64,000 nt of DNA from the human T2T-CHM13v2.0 reference genome, Homo sapiens. The stretch's first letter is position 1. Each line of letters begins with the position of its first letter. Below the pieces are notes generated by a model. The model was not told where the DNA came from and ran no database searches. It was given only the letters and a program-made list of their open reading frames with translations. Both the position numbers and the translations under genes were made by a program. Below, piece by piece: positions 1 through 14,532 of this stretch. Where the stretch lies: assembly GCF_009914755.1 (NCBI RefSeq), contig NC_060928.1. One strand, given 5' to 3'.

Positions 1-144
1 TTATTGTCATAATTGAGAGGAATGCTGCTCACATCCAGTGGATAGAGGCTGGGGATGCCGCTCAATATCCCACGGTGCGCAGGACAGACCCACAGACAGA
101 ATTGTCTGGCCCTAAATGTCCAAAGCACTGAGGTTAGGAAACCC
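1..144 (+). mobile_element. MER20 (hAT-Charlie) DNA transposon relic, 3' part
   Basis: catccagtggatagaggctggggatgccgctcaatatccc...gaggttaggaaaccc resembles the recalled MER20 consensus. Confidence 0.75.
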
Positions 145-3100
145 AGTTCAAATCTACCCTAACTTCTAACTGCACAGACTAGTTAGAATAGTTAGACTAG
201 TTGTGCTAGTCAGGCTGGTTTTCATTTAATCCAACAACTGGGCCTGGGTAGGTTTTGTCTTACAGAGTCGGCTTCTGATTCTCATCAGTTACTTCCTATC
301 TTCTCCTCAACTGAATCCAGACTCTCATCAAATCCTGCCTGATTTAGGGCCAAAGCTCCCCGGTGGCTCCCACCCCTCGCTCCAGCCCAGGTGCAGAATG
401 GTGCCTGACCTAGAACAGACATTCCAAGGTTATGAATGAATGAATGGGGGATGAATAAATGATGCCACCCCTGCCTCAAAGCCTGCCAAGTCAGCATGAT
501 GCTCCCCCAGGGATCAAGGCAGCTCACCATGGTGGGATCCTCACAGGGTCAGGGGCTCTCGGGAAACATGAAAAGCTTTCTCTCAAAGTTGAGAAGCCCT
601 GGGAGGAGTGATGGGTGGGCATCCCTGGTGTTTCTCCCATGCTGGGGACCCAGAGATAGGCCCAGGAGGCAACGGCCAGCCCCAGGACTCCCCAGCACTG
701 TGAATGACCTGGAAACAGGTGAGCTGCATGACAGGGATATCTATGGCTAGAGAGGCAGGAGGAGGATAATCCCTGGAGGAGGCCAGGAGGAGGCTGGCAA
801 AACTCAAGGGACCAGGGGGATGAGGAGGCTGGTCATATGCTCTAGAGCTCTGCCCGCTTTGACTTCCCAGGAAGGCAGGAGACTGGACTCTGGCCTGGGG
901 GAGGAAGGGATGTACCAGGTCTGGGGAAGGCAGTGCCAGGAACAGGCCCAACAGGCACACAGGGTCACTGGGTCCCCCCTCAGCGATCTCCCTCATACTC
1001 ACTGCTGTGCAGAGGAACTGGACCTTGGAGACAGCACAGGCCAGGTGGCTCTGTCCTCCTCTGGGCCTGGGACGCAGAGCTGCTGGGGCAGCGTCAGGCC
1101 CCGCAAGATGACATCCTGCACTTCCACGGCCCTGAGAGTGGGCAGCTCCTTAAACTAGGGCCCTGGGGCCCACCCTAGTCCTAGCCCTACGCAAGCCACC
1201 TAGTTTTTCAGTTAGGGCATGGGGGTGTAGGGAGGGTGCGATGGGCAGGAATGACTTGGGAAACAAGGACCCGCTTAGAAGGTAAGGCCTCCAGGGCAGG
1301 GCCCCCTGCCACTTGTCTGCAGAGCTCCAGCCCCAGCACAAAGATGCCAATGACATCCTGCACAGAACTGGTACAGATGCCAGGGAGTGTGTGATGGGAT
1401 AGTTAGCCCGGGCACCAACTAGGATGGGGCAGATAGGTTTGGCCTGGCGTCCTAGCTCCCCCTCCTCCAGCTGTGAGACCTTGAATGCGTCAGGGGATCT
1501 CTCAGGCCTCAGCTTTCTCCTCTGTTGAATGGGTATAGGAGTCTCCACCTCACAGGCTCATCACGGGGAGTCTCAGATTCCCTGTGGGCAAGTGCCATGC
1601 ACAGTTGCTCAGCTCAGGCTGGGCGGGCATTCACTCTGTCCACTCTCTCCTCCCTTCTCCAGCGCGTGAGTCTGAGACATGAACAGCAAAGAAGGCCACC
1701 TCCCAACCCCTCAGCACACACAAGTCTGTTCAAGGAAGACTTATGAATGGCTGTCCCTGCTCCTAGACTGGCCAGCTGGCCATGGCTGAGGTCCCACAGG
1801 CTGGCAGACCTGGGCGGGGTGAGGTAGTGTCTGGTGCCGGGCCCGGGTCTGGTGCCTGCATGGTGACAGCAACAAAAGCAGGGCCGGGTGGTGCATGGGG
1901 AAGCCCCCGGGGAGACTCTATGACACAAGCCAGTCCCCCTGAGCCACTTCCCCACTTGGGACCCTCAACCTGTGCAATGGGAGAGAAAGCCCCAAGCTGG
2001 CCTCCTGCCCAGGGGACTGAGAGGGAAGTGGGTGGGAGGTCCTCAGGCACAGTGGTACTCCTGGGGTCCCGCCAGCCAGACCATTCAAGGTCACAGGGAC
2101 AGACAGCAAAACTTGATTTTGCAAAAACAAGGTCACTTGGTTACAGCAAAACACCTGCAGCCAGAGACGCCACAGAGAGTCACACACAGTCCCATGGACA
2201 GAGGCACACTGACCTGGAGGCATCCTTGGCCCTGAGCAGACCAGGCAGCCTCAGAAGCCCCGGGGCCTGGGTACTCGGGCCTGGGTGGGAGCAGCCGTAG
2301 CGGGGAGGCCTGGTCATCAACTGGCGCGTCTGCAGAAGGCTCTGGCGGCAACAAGAGTGACACCTGGTCTCCTGTGAGGAGCCAGCACTGGATATGGGCT
2401 TGAGGTTCACGGTCTCCCTCTGGTTCTGTGCGCTTCCTGCTCTGTGCTCCCGGGGATGGGGCCCAGGCCGTGTGGGGACGGGGCGCAGCAGGGAACCCTG
2501 GATGGAGCTGCCACAGTGAGCTGAGCTGCCCCAGACCCACAGGCAAGGAGACCCCAGAGGCCTTTGGGGAGGTGGGGCTGAGGCAGGGGCAGAGCCGAGA
2601 CCACAGTGGCCTCCATCTCCCCGATGGATACCAGGAGAGGAGCAGACACAATGGCTTCATCCTTCACATTTTAAAGAAGGAGCCACTGAAGCTTGTGACC
2701 TGGGCATGAGAGGCATCCAGGCTGTGGCCTGTGGCCCGGGCACAGAGAGAGGGGCTAGGGAGCTGTGGGGCAGGCAGGAGACCACTGTCAGTGTCTGTGA
2801 CATGCGTGTCCACACACACCCTGGACTCACGTGTCCACACCCATTGAACTCACACGCCTCACCCCACTTCGAAAGCCAAGCCCTTGGGGAGACATGGGCA
2901 GCTGCTGGGGTGGCTCCCCCTCCACTCTCCAGGGAGCCTTCTCCAGCCGCCAGCTGGCACTGTGTCCCACACATGCCGTCTCTGAGCTCCAGTGTCTAGA
3001 GGAAGGAGTGAGAACATCATGTTCACGTCAGCAGGAGGTCAGGATCTGTCCTCGTAGCTCTGGACATGCAAAGCCACCTCCCCCTGGAAACCTTGTCAGA

Positions 3101-3976
3101 ACCAAGAAGGCTGCTTCGGAAGACTCCCAGGGCTCACTGTGGTGGGCAGAAGGCCAGAGGAAGGAAGGAAGGGGGCTGACAGGCCCCCAGGTACTCGCAG
3201 TGAAAGCATTCCCGAAAGCACTGCTTAAGCACCATTTGTGTGCCTGGCCCAGTGCTGGTCACTTGAGGGCATCAGGGATCAAAATTCTCACTGTCAGCCA
3301 GGAGCTCCTGGGACCATAGAGGGGCGGCCTTTACCACAAGGCTGCCGAGAGTGGAGGAGGCTTGTCTTTGAGGTGCAGGTGTGGCCAGGGCCCTGCCAAC
3401 ACATCCCTGGATCCATCCGTGCCTGGATAAGGCATGATCTCCTGTTAGTCTTATCCATTGCTGAGTCAATCAATGGCCCCTTTGGCTGAAGGTGATTTGA
3501 ATTGTGTTTCTGCATCTTATGATCAAGAGAGTCCAGACAAACTCAGTCACTGGTGAGGGTTTTCTGTATCTGAAAGTCATGATCTGAAGACTTGGTCCGA
3601 GGATGCCAGGGAGGAAGCAGCTGCCAGTGAGTCAGCCTCAGGTGCTTGAATCTTGCTGAGCCCTTGTGCCCCCTCTGCCCATCTGACCCAGGCCACGCGA
3701 TGACTCCCATGGGCCCCAGGAGCGTTGGCTTCAGTGGACGTCTCCCTCCATTAAAACAAAAGTTAAAACTGCGTTTTATAGCTGTGTTGGTACAAAGATG
3801 AACAGTATGCAGGCTGGATTCACTATTATACATGCATCATTATTATATTCACTTTTTCCTCTGACTTTGAAAGAAATTGAAACATTACCATGTGTGTTTT
3901 CCCAGCCAGATGGGGAGTCAGCCCTGACCTAGTCAGGATCCGAGAGGGTTGGTCCCTCAGAGACTCAGATGTTATA

Positions 3977-4335
3977 TTCTATGGACAGAATGTCTGTGTC
4001 CCCCAGAGTTCACGTGTTGACACCCTAACCCACAATGGGATTGCATTAGGAGGTGGGGCGTTTGGGAGGTGATAAGGTCATGAGGGTGGGGCCCTCATGC
4101 AGGGGATTCGTGCCCTTATAAGAGAGGCTTGGGAGATGCTCACGCTCTTTCCACCACATGAGGATGCAGGGAGAAGGCAACTGCCTGCCAGCCAGAAAGA
4201 GGCCCTCAGGAGAACCCCACCATGCTGGCACCCTGACTTCAGACCTCCAGCCTCCAGCACTGTGAAAAAGAAATGTTGTTTGTAAGCTGCCCAGTGTATG
4301 GCACTTAGTTCTAGCAGCCAGGATGGACTAAGACA
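3977..4335 (+). mobile_element. MLT1A-type MaLR solo LTR
   Basis: ctatggacagaatgtctgtgtccccc...ggtcatgagggtggggccctcatg...gcccttataagaga...ggactaagaca. Confidence 0.85.
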
Positions 4336-5943
4336 CGTATTCATCCTGCAGCACACCCCAAACGTAGGGCAACCCTGCTGCCGAGGCAAACTGCCCACTG
4401 GGCACACTGTGCAGGAGCCCGTGAAGGGGACAAGGGGTTGCTGGACATCTGCTAAAATACCCACGGGCACTGGCACAGGATGGCCTGGCAGAGTGAGACC
4501 ACTGGACCACACAGGAAGAAAAGTCCACAAGGATGGAGATCCGAGAAGTGTGATCAGAAAAAGGTGATGCTAGTAGCTCAGGTGGCCCCTGGAGACGTAG
4601 AGGGAGCCCCCTGCAGAGTACCTGGCCAGGTGCCCAGTGACCTCCTCACCATCTCCACCCATCAGCCCCATCCCTGGCACCCAGAAATCACTCTGGACAC
4701 CTGGCTCCCTCACCCCACACCTCCAGGAAATCCACACCTCCACAGCCCTTATCCCAGTATTCCAGGCCCTCCACATTCTTGCCCTGCGTGTCTCTGTCTC
4801 ATGGCCACCTTCCTGAGCCGTGTTCAACTGCTGGCAAGAGAGAGACGTCTGGAGCAATCCTCACTGCGTCTGGAAGGCCCCAGGCTACCTGGTTCAGGTT
4901 GCTGGACGGCTTCCATGGCCCAGCCCTGCCCAGGGCCTGGATCTGGCCAGCGTTCACAAGCTGGGTTTCTGCACCCCTCTTCTAGAAGGTGTGGGTTCCC
5001 TGGCTTGACACTGGCAAGCACACTGGACTTGGCTGTGATGATGGTCCCAGGAGGACGGTGAGTGATGCTGCCCAACAGGGAGGGCAGGGGCAGGGTAGGT
5101 GCCAAGTCCTCATGAGAACCACAGGGAGCCAGCAGGCCCAGCTCGGCTTTGAGGGAAGCTCCTGCATCCCAGAATGCTGCAGCTCTAGGGTGGGGACCAG
5201 GGGGCCACAGTCTGCATGAGGTCTCAGCTTCTTGAGGATGCACTAGAGGCCTGCTCCAAGCAGAACCTCAGGAGGTGTCCATCATGAGTACCCGGGGAAA
5301 CGGAACTCCCCTGGCTCTTTTGCAGGCCACCCAACACCTGGCAGTAAGAGGAATAATAGCAAATATGGGAACCCACTGTATGCTGCTCAGTGCTCGCCAA
5401 ACCGCATCTCATTATTGTTTTGGTTCTCAAAATATCTCTCTTCTCCCCATTTTGCAGATGAGGAAACTGAGGCCCAGGGTTCCAGATCTCCTAACCTTAG
5501 TTTATGTAGCTGTAAAGGCAGCACTGTGATTTCAACCTTATAACCTGTGCTCTTAACCAAGACAATGCCACTTCCAATTCAAAGTAGACAGGAGGGGACA
5601 GAGTGTGCTTCCTCTCCAAGAGTTACCTGCAGCAGCGGGAGGCTCTGGAGCCTCGAGTGCCCCCCAGTATCTTACAACCTCACTCCGGGTCCATTCTCAG
5701 AGAAAGGCACAAGAGACACTGGGATGCATTTGGCAAATGCATCCTCAATGTCCCACTGGGTCAGGGTCACGTCATCTCTGCTGCCCTCGACTCCCCTCCC
5801 CCTCCTGCCAAAAGAAAGCCAACGGGCAGGGAGCGGGGGCTCTGTTCATGGCCGAACCCTCCAGAGCCACTGGAGGTCACAATGAGTGCAGGCCTCTGGG
5901 CTGAAAGGTGAAATCCGGCATTAGCATTGCAGTTGACAAGGTT

Positions 5944-6494
5944 TGTCACCGAACCAAACTGGGTTTGGTCTGTTTGCCTATGTGCAAGGGAAAGCTGAAC
6001 ACAGAAGCACCAGGTTTTTGCAGTGACAAAGGCTTATTGCCAGGCAGCTGAACAAGGAGACAGGAGTTGAGCTCAAATCTGTCTGCCCCCGTACCAGCCT
6101 TGCCACCATGGATTTAAGGGAGAGATTCTGAGGTTGGAGTTTCGTGATTGGGCAGTGACTGGCTAGAAGGAAGGGAGTCTGGGGGGTCCCTGGGGCTTGG
6201 GCTGCTGCCCTAGCATGCTTCTTCATGGGTTGCATGTTCAGAAAATGGCAACATCTAATCTGGAGGTGGAGTTTCTGGCCCTCTGACGTCAAAAAGCCAC
6301 TCATGGGGCACGCAAGTCTATTCTGCACAGACTCCAGTCAGCCATGTTGGTTCCCGCGAGTCTCAGCTCATGGGCGAATTTTGCTGCAGATGGAAGGCAC
6401 GGTAACAAACTTTTCTCCCTTGCTGTCCTGCAAGAGCAGCTCAGAAAATTTTGCTAGTGAGCAAATTCTCTTAACCCTTTGGGGCCGGGTTTCA
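5944..6494 (-). mobile_element. ERV1-class solo LTR (subfamily not assigned)
   Basis: Minus strand starts TGAAACCCGG and ends GGTGACA. Near-perfect 4-bp flanks ggtt/ggtg. Confidence 0.7.
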
Positions 6495-7095
6495 GGTGCT
6501 TACATTGTTTCTCCTCTTGACTTCACCTGGGAAGTCAGGTTTTTACCCCCATTTTATAGATGAGAAAGGGAAGCTCAGAGCACAAAGCAACATGCCTGAC
6601 TCCCAGCGGGACATCTGTTCATTGACTCTACAGACACTGTGTGCTAGGTCCTGGGTGCTGGTGAGGCTGGGACCCAGCCTGGGTCTCCTGACCCCATAAG
6701 AAAGAGGTTTCCTGGGGTAACAGCTGCAGCCTCTGAAAAGGAAAAATCCTTCTCCAAGTTCCTGGAAATATCCAGGGCTTTGCAATGCAGGGCGTACTCC
6801 TCCCAGGGACCCTCCTGGCTTCTCTGGAGCCTTGGGTGAGTAGTCAGTGCTCACCTGCCCCTGGGGTTGTGGCACTATACGATTGGGTCTTTCCCAGTCA
6901 GGGTTCCTTCTGGAACCCACCACCCTCCCACTCCTCCCCTACAGTGATCGTCCTGGTGCTGTGCTCAGTGTCCACTGAACACACCACACGTACAGCCAAC
7001 ACTCGCTTCGTGAGTCCTACTCCACGCCACGGGCAATGCGAGCCTTGGGGATGTGGACACAGACACGCTGGGTTGAGACACTCAGCTGTTGTCCC

Positions 7096-7291
7096 AAGTG
7101 GTGCTGTGCTGGTAAATGTTTAACAACTGGCTCTTGGTTGGGGCAGTGTGACGTGCAGCATTCCCCAGTTTCCACAGTGTGAATACTCCCCCTACGTTGC
7201 CAACACAAGGTCGCTGGTGCAGAGCTGGGAGGAGATGCACACAGTTGGCTCTGCTAGCTGAGCAGGGTGAAGCCGGCACCAGGACACCATT
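7096..7291. mobile_element. MER63-like hAT DNA transposon relic
   Basis: gtggtgctgtgctggtaaatgtttaacaactggctc at the left end and imperfect inverted ccaggacaccattg at the right end. Confidence 0.65.
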
Positions 7292-7799
7292 GACTAAGGG
7301 CCATGGAGACCCAAGAGGCAGCTGTTGTAGGAGAGGGCCAGGGCCAGGTATGTTTTAGGTGTCTCAGGAAAACCTCCTGCTCCAAGCGGGTGGATGGGGA
7401 GAGAGCAGTGCTGCGGTGCAGGAGAAGATAGTTCTGGAAGCACCACCTGCCATGGGCCTACTTCACAACAGGCACTGTGTTCAGTGTGCCAGACACCACC
7501 TCAGCCAGTTCTCACAGCTGACAGGTGAGATAGTTGTGACAATAATAAATTGATTGTACTTTTAGTTCCCTCACATTGTAACGCCCCAGTGGCTCCACAT
7601 TAGATGAATTTGAGGGAAAAAACAAAGCCACTATTTCAGCCTTGAATTATTCTGAGTTTTTTTTAGTCTAGTCTCCATGACCATATGTAAAACCAAGACT
7701 TAACTTTTTTTCTATCCAAAGAACACATGAATGAGGGCCAAATAAGACTTTTCTAAAAATCAATCATTTATTTGTTCATTTAAATTTTGTATAGGTAAC

Positions 7800-8320
7800 A
7801 GAAGAGGGAAGGGTCACATATAAAGAATTAGGAATCAGAACAGCTTCGGACTTGATGATAGCTATACTGACAGCTAGAAGATGATGAGGCAATTCCTGCA
7901 AAATTGGCCTCTGCCTGCCTTTTACTGAAGGAAAGTGATCTCCAAACTAGAATTCTATACCCAGCCGAACTATCGATCAAGGCTGCAGATCTGATAAGGT
8001 CATTTTCAGACATTTAGGATTGCAATGATTTTTACTTCCCCAGAACCATCATTAGAAAGTCAACAGAGCATGAACTGCATAAAAACAAGGGAGATATGGA
8101 ATAGCTGATGTGTCCCAAGGTCTAGAGAGGAGATTTAGACAACAGGCAGAGAGTTTGGGGTTACATTAGCATTAGGCATGCACACGCACACACACACATA
8201 CAAAAAAAAAAACAAAAAAAAAAACAAAAAACAATATCTTTATGGGGAAAAGTTAAGAAGGGAAAAGTAATCATAGTATATTACACAGCTCTGCTCTGAG
8301 TTACATTTATATAATCATGC
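7800..8320 (+). mobile_element. Old L1 fragment(s)
   Basis: A-rich sequence with ORF1-like aactagaattctatacccagccgaactatc. Confidence 0.55.
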
Positions 8321-8327
8321 TTATCTA

Positions 8328-8877
8328 TGTGGTGAGTTCTTATAATTTTATGTTGCCTCAACATTGATTTTGAATATAAATTGGACTTTCTCATACAGAA
8401 GCAGGGCTCAATCACCATCGACACGGTTTCCAGTTCTCCACTTCCTCCCAGTTCCTTGATGTGTCAATCCAGATATCTGGCATATGCAACTTCCTCCTGG
8501 TGAACACCTCCATATGGAACATCCAGATACAACCTTCTTGACTCATCCCACTGACTCACCCCACATGGACCGTGCAGATATGCCACAATAGCCACCTCTC
8601 AGTCACAGCATGACTTCTGGAACTTGTGCCTGCTTGCTTCAAACCCACCGATTAAAACTCCCTGCAGGAAATCTGTATAGAGAATGCCCTAGACTCCAAT
8701 AAAGGCAAGGGTCCTTCTGTCTCTCTCCCTCACATGCTCCCTGACTTCTGTGTGTGTGGCCTCTGGGCATGCCGTGTACCCTCAGGACCTGTAAGTAATA
8801 AAATCTTTATTTCCATCTTGTGTTTCTCCTAATCATTGAAAGGCTGCTTTCCATCTCAGAGATCTTAAACTAAAACA
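8328..8877 (+). mobile_element. ERVL-class solo LTR (LTR47/MER74-like)
   Basis: TG...CA termini, internal AATAAA, 5-bp flanks atcta/atctg. Confidence 0.7.
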
Positions 8878-9058
8878 ATCTGACACGAATCACACTCTCT
8901 TTGCGCTTGGGGGTAGGCTGATGGGAAGGAGGGTGTGAGGTTGGGGGCAGGAAATGAGGGAAAGCTAAAACCTCCTCTTCCATGAAGGGAAGTCAATAGG
9001 TCTTGACTAAACTGGAAAATTGAAAAGCAGCAATATAAGAATGTTATTTAGGAAAATA

Positions 9059-9405
9059 CAGGCATACATTGTTTTATCGCACTTCACAGGTACTACATTT
9101 CTTTTTACAAATTGAAGGTCTGTGGCAACCTTGCATTGAGCAAGTCTATCGGCACCATTTTTCCAACAGCATGTGCTCACTTGGTGTCTGTGTCAGCATT
9201 TTTTAGCAATAAAATATTTTGAAATTAAGGTATATACATTTTAAGACAGAATGCTAATATTATATGCTTAGTAGACTACAGTATAGTGTCAACATAACTT
9301 TTATATGCACTGGGAAACCAAAAAAGTTGTGTGACTTGCTTTATTGTGATATTCACTTTATTGCAATGGTCTGGAACAAAACTTGCAATATTCTGAGGTA
9401 TTCTT
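9059..9405 (+). mobile_element. Tigger1 internal-deletion derivative (TcMar-Tigger)
   Basis: caggcatac 5' end and acaaattgaagg..gtggcaacc joined directly to the 3' end tagactacagtatagtgt..cactgggaaaccaaaaa..gaggta. Confidence 0.85.
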
Positions 9406-9540
9406 ACACCAACAAAATTGGCTTTTTTTTTAAAAAAAAAATAAAGGAAGTGGTTGCCTATGGGGAAGAATAATTTGAGTGGGTGGGGTAGAGGGGCAGG
9501 GCACTGCTGGTTTTTATAGAAAGCCCTGGGGATTATTTAA

Positions 9541-9870
<330 letters not shown>

Positions 9871-9889
9871 GCAACTTTTTTCTAAGATC

Positions 9890-12470
9890 TTTAAAATTTT
9901 TTAATTGATATGTAATAATTATACCTATTTATTTTGTACATGTGATAGTTCAGTACATGTATACAATGCGTAATGATCAAATCAGGGCAACTGGGATAGC
10001 CATCACCTAAAACATATGTCATTTCTTTGCGTTGAAATCATTCAAAATCTTCTCTTCTAGCTGTTTTTAAATATTTAATACATTATTGTTAACTGTAGTC
10101 ACCCTAGTAATTTTCCATTCATTCACTAACTTCTTCCTAAACCACTCTTCCTTACCCTTACCAGCCTCTGATAATTACTATTCTACTTTCTATGAGGTCA
10201 ACTTTTTTAGCTCCCACATATGAGTGAGATCATGCAATATTTGTCTTTCTGTGCCTGGCTTATTTCACTTCACATAATGACCTACAAAATCCACGTATCT
10301 AGACATGACAGGATTTCATTATTTTACATGAACAAATTGTATTCCATTATATATACCACATTTCCTCATCCATCCATCTGTTGATGGACACTTGGCTTGA
10401 TGTTGATTCCGTCTCTTGGCTATCGGGAATACTGCCACAGTAAACATGGGAGTGCTGATATCTCTTCAACATACTAATTTCATGTCCTTTGGACATAATC
10501 CCAGTAGTGGGATTGCTAGATCATATGGTACTTCTATTTTTAGTTTTTTGCAGAACTTCCATGCTATTGTCCATAATGGCTGTACTAATTTACATTCCCA
10601 CCAACAATATGTAAGAGTTCCCCTTTCTCCCCATCCTTGACAGCATTTTTTGGTCTTTTTGAATAGTCATGTTAACTGGGGCAACGTGACTTCTCACTGT
10701 GGTTTTGATTTGCATTTTCCTGATGATTACTAATGTGGAGCATGGTTTCATATGCTGGCCATTTGTATGTCTTCTTTTGAGAAATGTCTATTCAAACCAT
10801 TTGCCCATTTATTTCTTTTTTTGTTTCCCTTTTTTAATTTAAAAATTATTTTTGTCATTTTTTAGTACTTTTTATTTTTTCTTATTTTTCTTTTCATATC
10901 ACAGCCAAGACCAACATTTGCTCATTTTAATTGGATTATCTGATTTTTACCAAGTTATTTTAATTCCTTATATATTCTAGATATTAATTCCTTGGTGGAT
11001 GAATATTTAACAAATATGTTTTCCCATTCTGTAGGTTGTCTCTACTCTTTGTTGATTGTTTTCTTTGCTGTGGAAAAGTTTTTTAGTTTGATATAATGCG
11101 CTTTGTCTATTTCTACTTTTGTTGCCTGAGTTTTTGAGGTCTTACCCAAAAAATCTTCGTCCAGACCAATGCCCTGAAGTATTTCCTCTGTTTCATAGTT
11201 TCAGGTCTTATGTTCAAGTTTTTAATCCTTCTTGAATTGCTTTTTGTATATGGTAAAAGATAGGGGTCTAATTTCATTCTTCTGCATATCAATATCCAGT
11301 TTTCCCAGTACCATTCATGGAGAGACTATTCTTTCCCCAACATATATTCTTACCACTTTCATCAAAAAATCAGTTGACTGAAAATGCATGGATTTAGTTC
11401 TGGGTTCTCTATTCTATTCCACTGAGTGATATGTCTGTTTTTATGTCAGTACCAAGTTGTTTGGTTACTATAGCTTTGGTTACTATAGTATATTTGCAGT
11501 CAGGTAGTATGATACCTCCAGCTTTGTTCATTCTAGGGATTGCTTTGGCTATTCGAGGTCTTTATGGTTTTAGATGAATTTTAGGATTTTTTTCTATTTC
11601 TGTGAAGAATGTTATTGGTATTTTGATAGAGATTATATTGCATCTGTAGATCACTTTTGGTAATATGAACATTTTAACAACATTAATTCTTTCAAATTCC
11701 AACAAAATTAATTCCATGAACGTGGAATATCTTGAAATTTTTTGTGTGTCCTCTTCAATTTCTTTCATCAGTGATTTATAGTTCTTGTTATAGAAATCTT
11801 TTACCTCTGGTTAAATTTACTCCTAGGCATTTCATTTTTTGCAGCTATTATAGATAGGATTGCTTTCTTGATTTGTTAATATTGCTCACTATTGGCATAC
11901 AGAAATGTTACTGATTTTTGTATGTTGATTTCGTATCCTGCAACTTTACTAAATTGATCAGTTCTACCAGTTTTTTGAGGCATCTTTGGGTTTTTCTTAT
12001 TTTTGAGATGGAATCTCACTCTTGTTGCCCAGGCTGTGTGCAATGGTGAGATCTTGGCTCACTGCAACGTCTGCCTCCAGGGTTCAAGCAATTATCCTGC
12101 CTCAGCCTCCCAAGTAGCTGAGATTACAGGCGCCCGCCACCACGCTCAGCTAATTGTTGTATTTTTAGTAGAGATGGGGTTTCACCATGTTGGCCAGGCT
12201 AGTCTCCAACTCCTGACCTCAGGTGATCTACCCACCTCAGCCTCCCAAAGTGCTGGGATTACAGGCGTGAGCCACTGCGCCTGGCTATCTTTGGGTTTTT
12301 CTAAATATAATCATGTCATCTGCAAACAGGAAAAATTTGACTTTCTAATTTGTCTAATCCTTTCTTTCTCTTGCCTCATTGCTCTGGCTAGGACTTCAGT
12401 ACTAAGTTGAATAAAAGTGGTGAAAGTGGGCATACTTTCAACTTTTCCCATTTGGTATGATCTTAGCAGA
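9890..12470 (-). mobile_element. 5'-truncated L1MA-type LINE-1 (3' UTR and end of ORF2), interrupted by an Alu
   Basis: T-rich L1 antisense motifs. Degenerate ORF2 peptide [24 protein letters not shown] in the ORF track. Confidence 0.9.
11999..12286 (-). mobile_element. AluS inserted in L1
   Basis: Full Alu with TSD atctttgggtttttct on both sides. Confidence 0.92.
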
Positions 12471-13150
12471 ATGCATATTCAACTTTGATTAAAAACAAAC
12501 TTAAAGAAAAGGCTTTATGATCAGCCATCAACTTTTTTAAGGGACAGCTCAAATGGTGGCCTAAGGGAAGTTTGCCGCAGCAGCGGATGAAGACCCTTTC
12601 CTCCCATCTACACCTCAGGAGGAGGAAAACACGGGCCCAAGTGTCCCAGATGCACGGGGAAGTCATAGTAGAGGAGGCAGTGGCTTGGGGTGTGGGGCTG
12701 TGGCCGCTGACAGCTTCCAGAATCTTGGCCTCGCCTCCCCTGTTAGGTCTTAATGGACGCCCTTGAGGGAGGGGCCATGTTTTCCTCAGCCTTGGACAGG
12801 ACACAGGCCTGGGCTGGCTGCCGGTGCTCAGCCCTGCGTGGCTGGCTGACTTGGCCAGCTCTTGTGTTCTGTGGGGGACTTTGTCCTGCTTCCTCCACCA
12901 GATGTAAAGCCAGTGATTGTTTTTTTCTATTTGAAGGCCACAAACAGAGGGAAGGCCAAGGCTCACTTGTATTCTGAGAAAAAGATGATGTTCTGGTCTC
13001 TCTACACCCTGTGTGGGAAGAAACAACCCCTCAATATGGGGGAGCGGCCAGAACCATGATCCCAGGCCCCATCTGTCTTCAGGCTTTGGGCGAATTTCCT
13101 CCAAATTACTGGCAAATTCTACAGTTCCCACGACAGCTGCAAACACTTAA

Positions 13151-13469
<319 letters not shown>

Positions 13470-13945
13470 TGCAAATATTTTGTTTTCTCCCTATAAGCCC
13501 TATGGCCAGATATACCAGGTCCAGTTTTCAAATCCCTACATCTGCCCTAACCCCTGTGTGCCTGGGAAGTGACTGTGCTCCTGGGTGGTGAGGGGGACGT
13601 GGAGGGGATTTAACATGTACTTGGTTCTGTGCTGGGCATTTTGTAGCCCGCAGTACTGGGATTACAGGCCTGAGCCACGGTGCCCAGCCTGAAGTATGGT
13701 TTTATTCAGTGGCTCCCTTACACTGTCTGTCTCTGTCTCGGCTGCCCGCTCTGGCTCTGAGTCTCCTGTCGCTCCCACGCCTGCAGCTGCATTCCCTGGC
13801 CTGCAAGGCTGGCTCTCCCTTACAGGGTCAAAACCTTCACTCTCTCTCTCTGGGCGCAAGCCAAATGCACAGCAGCAGCAGGACAGTCATACCTTTTACA
13901 AACAGCAGTGACTCTGAGCCAGGTGATGAGCCTTCCCATGTTATG

Positions 13946-14532
13946 GCTGTCTGTGAAACCGCTTTGTGATGTGTGGATTCATCGCACAGAGTTAAACCTT
14001 TCTTTTGATTCAGCAGACTGGAAACACTCTTTTTGTAGAATCTGCGAAGGGACATTTTGGAGCCCATTGAAGCCTATAGTGAAAAACCGAATATTCTACG
14101 ATAGAAACCATGGAGGCCTATAGTGAAAAACTGAATATCCCATGATAAAAAACAGAAAGAAGCTATCTGCGAAACCACTTTGCGATGTGTGGATTCATCT
14201 CACAGAGTTAAACCTTTCTTCTGATTCAGCAGACTGGAAACACTCTTTTTGTAGAATCTGTGAGGGGACATTTCGGAGCCCATTGAGGCCTATAGTGAAA
14301 AACCGAATATCCTGAGATAAAAACTAGAAAGAAGCTATCTGTGAGACCGCTTTGCGATGTATGAATTCATCTCACAGAGTTAAACCTTTCTTCTGATTCA
14401 GCAGACTGGAAACACTCTTTTTGTAGAATCTGTGACGGGACATTTCGGAGCCCATTGAGACCTGTAGTGAAAAACCGAATATCCCACAATAAAAACTAGA
14501 AAGAAGTTATCTGTGAAACCGCTTTGCGATGT
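13946..14532 (+). repeat. Alpha-satellite island, ~3.2 monomers of 172 bp
   Basis: Monomer starts at 13946, 14162, 14334 and 14506. Motifs ctcacagagttaaaccttt, ggaaacactctttttgtagaatctg and aaaactaga. Confidence 0.93.

Noticed and set aside
13946-14532. Functional centromere or neocentromere seed
   Set aside because: Under 0.6 kb, with no CENP-B box and no higher-order repeat.
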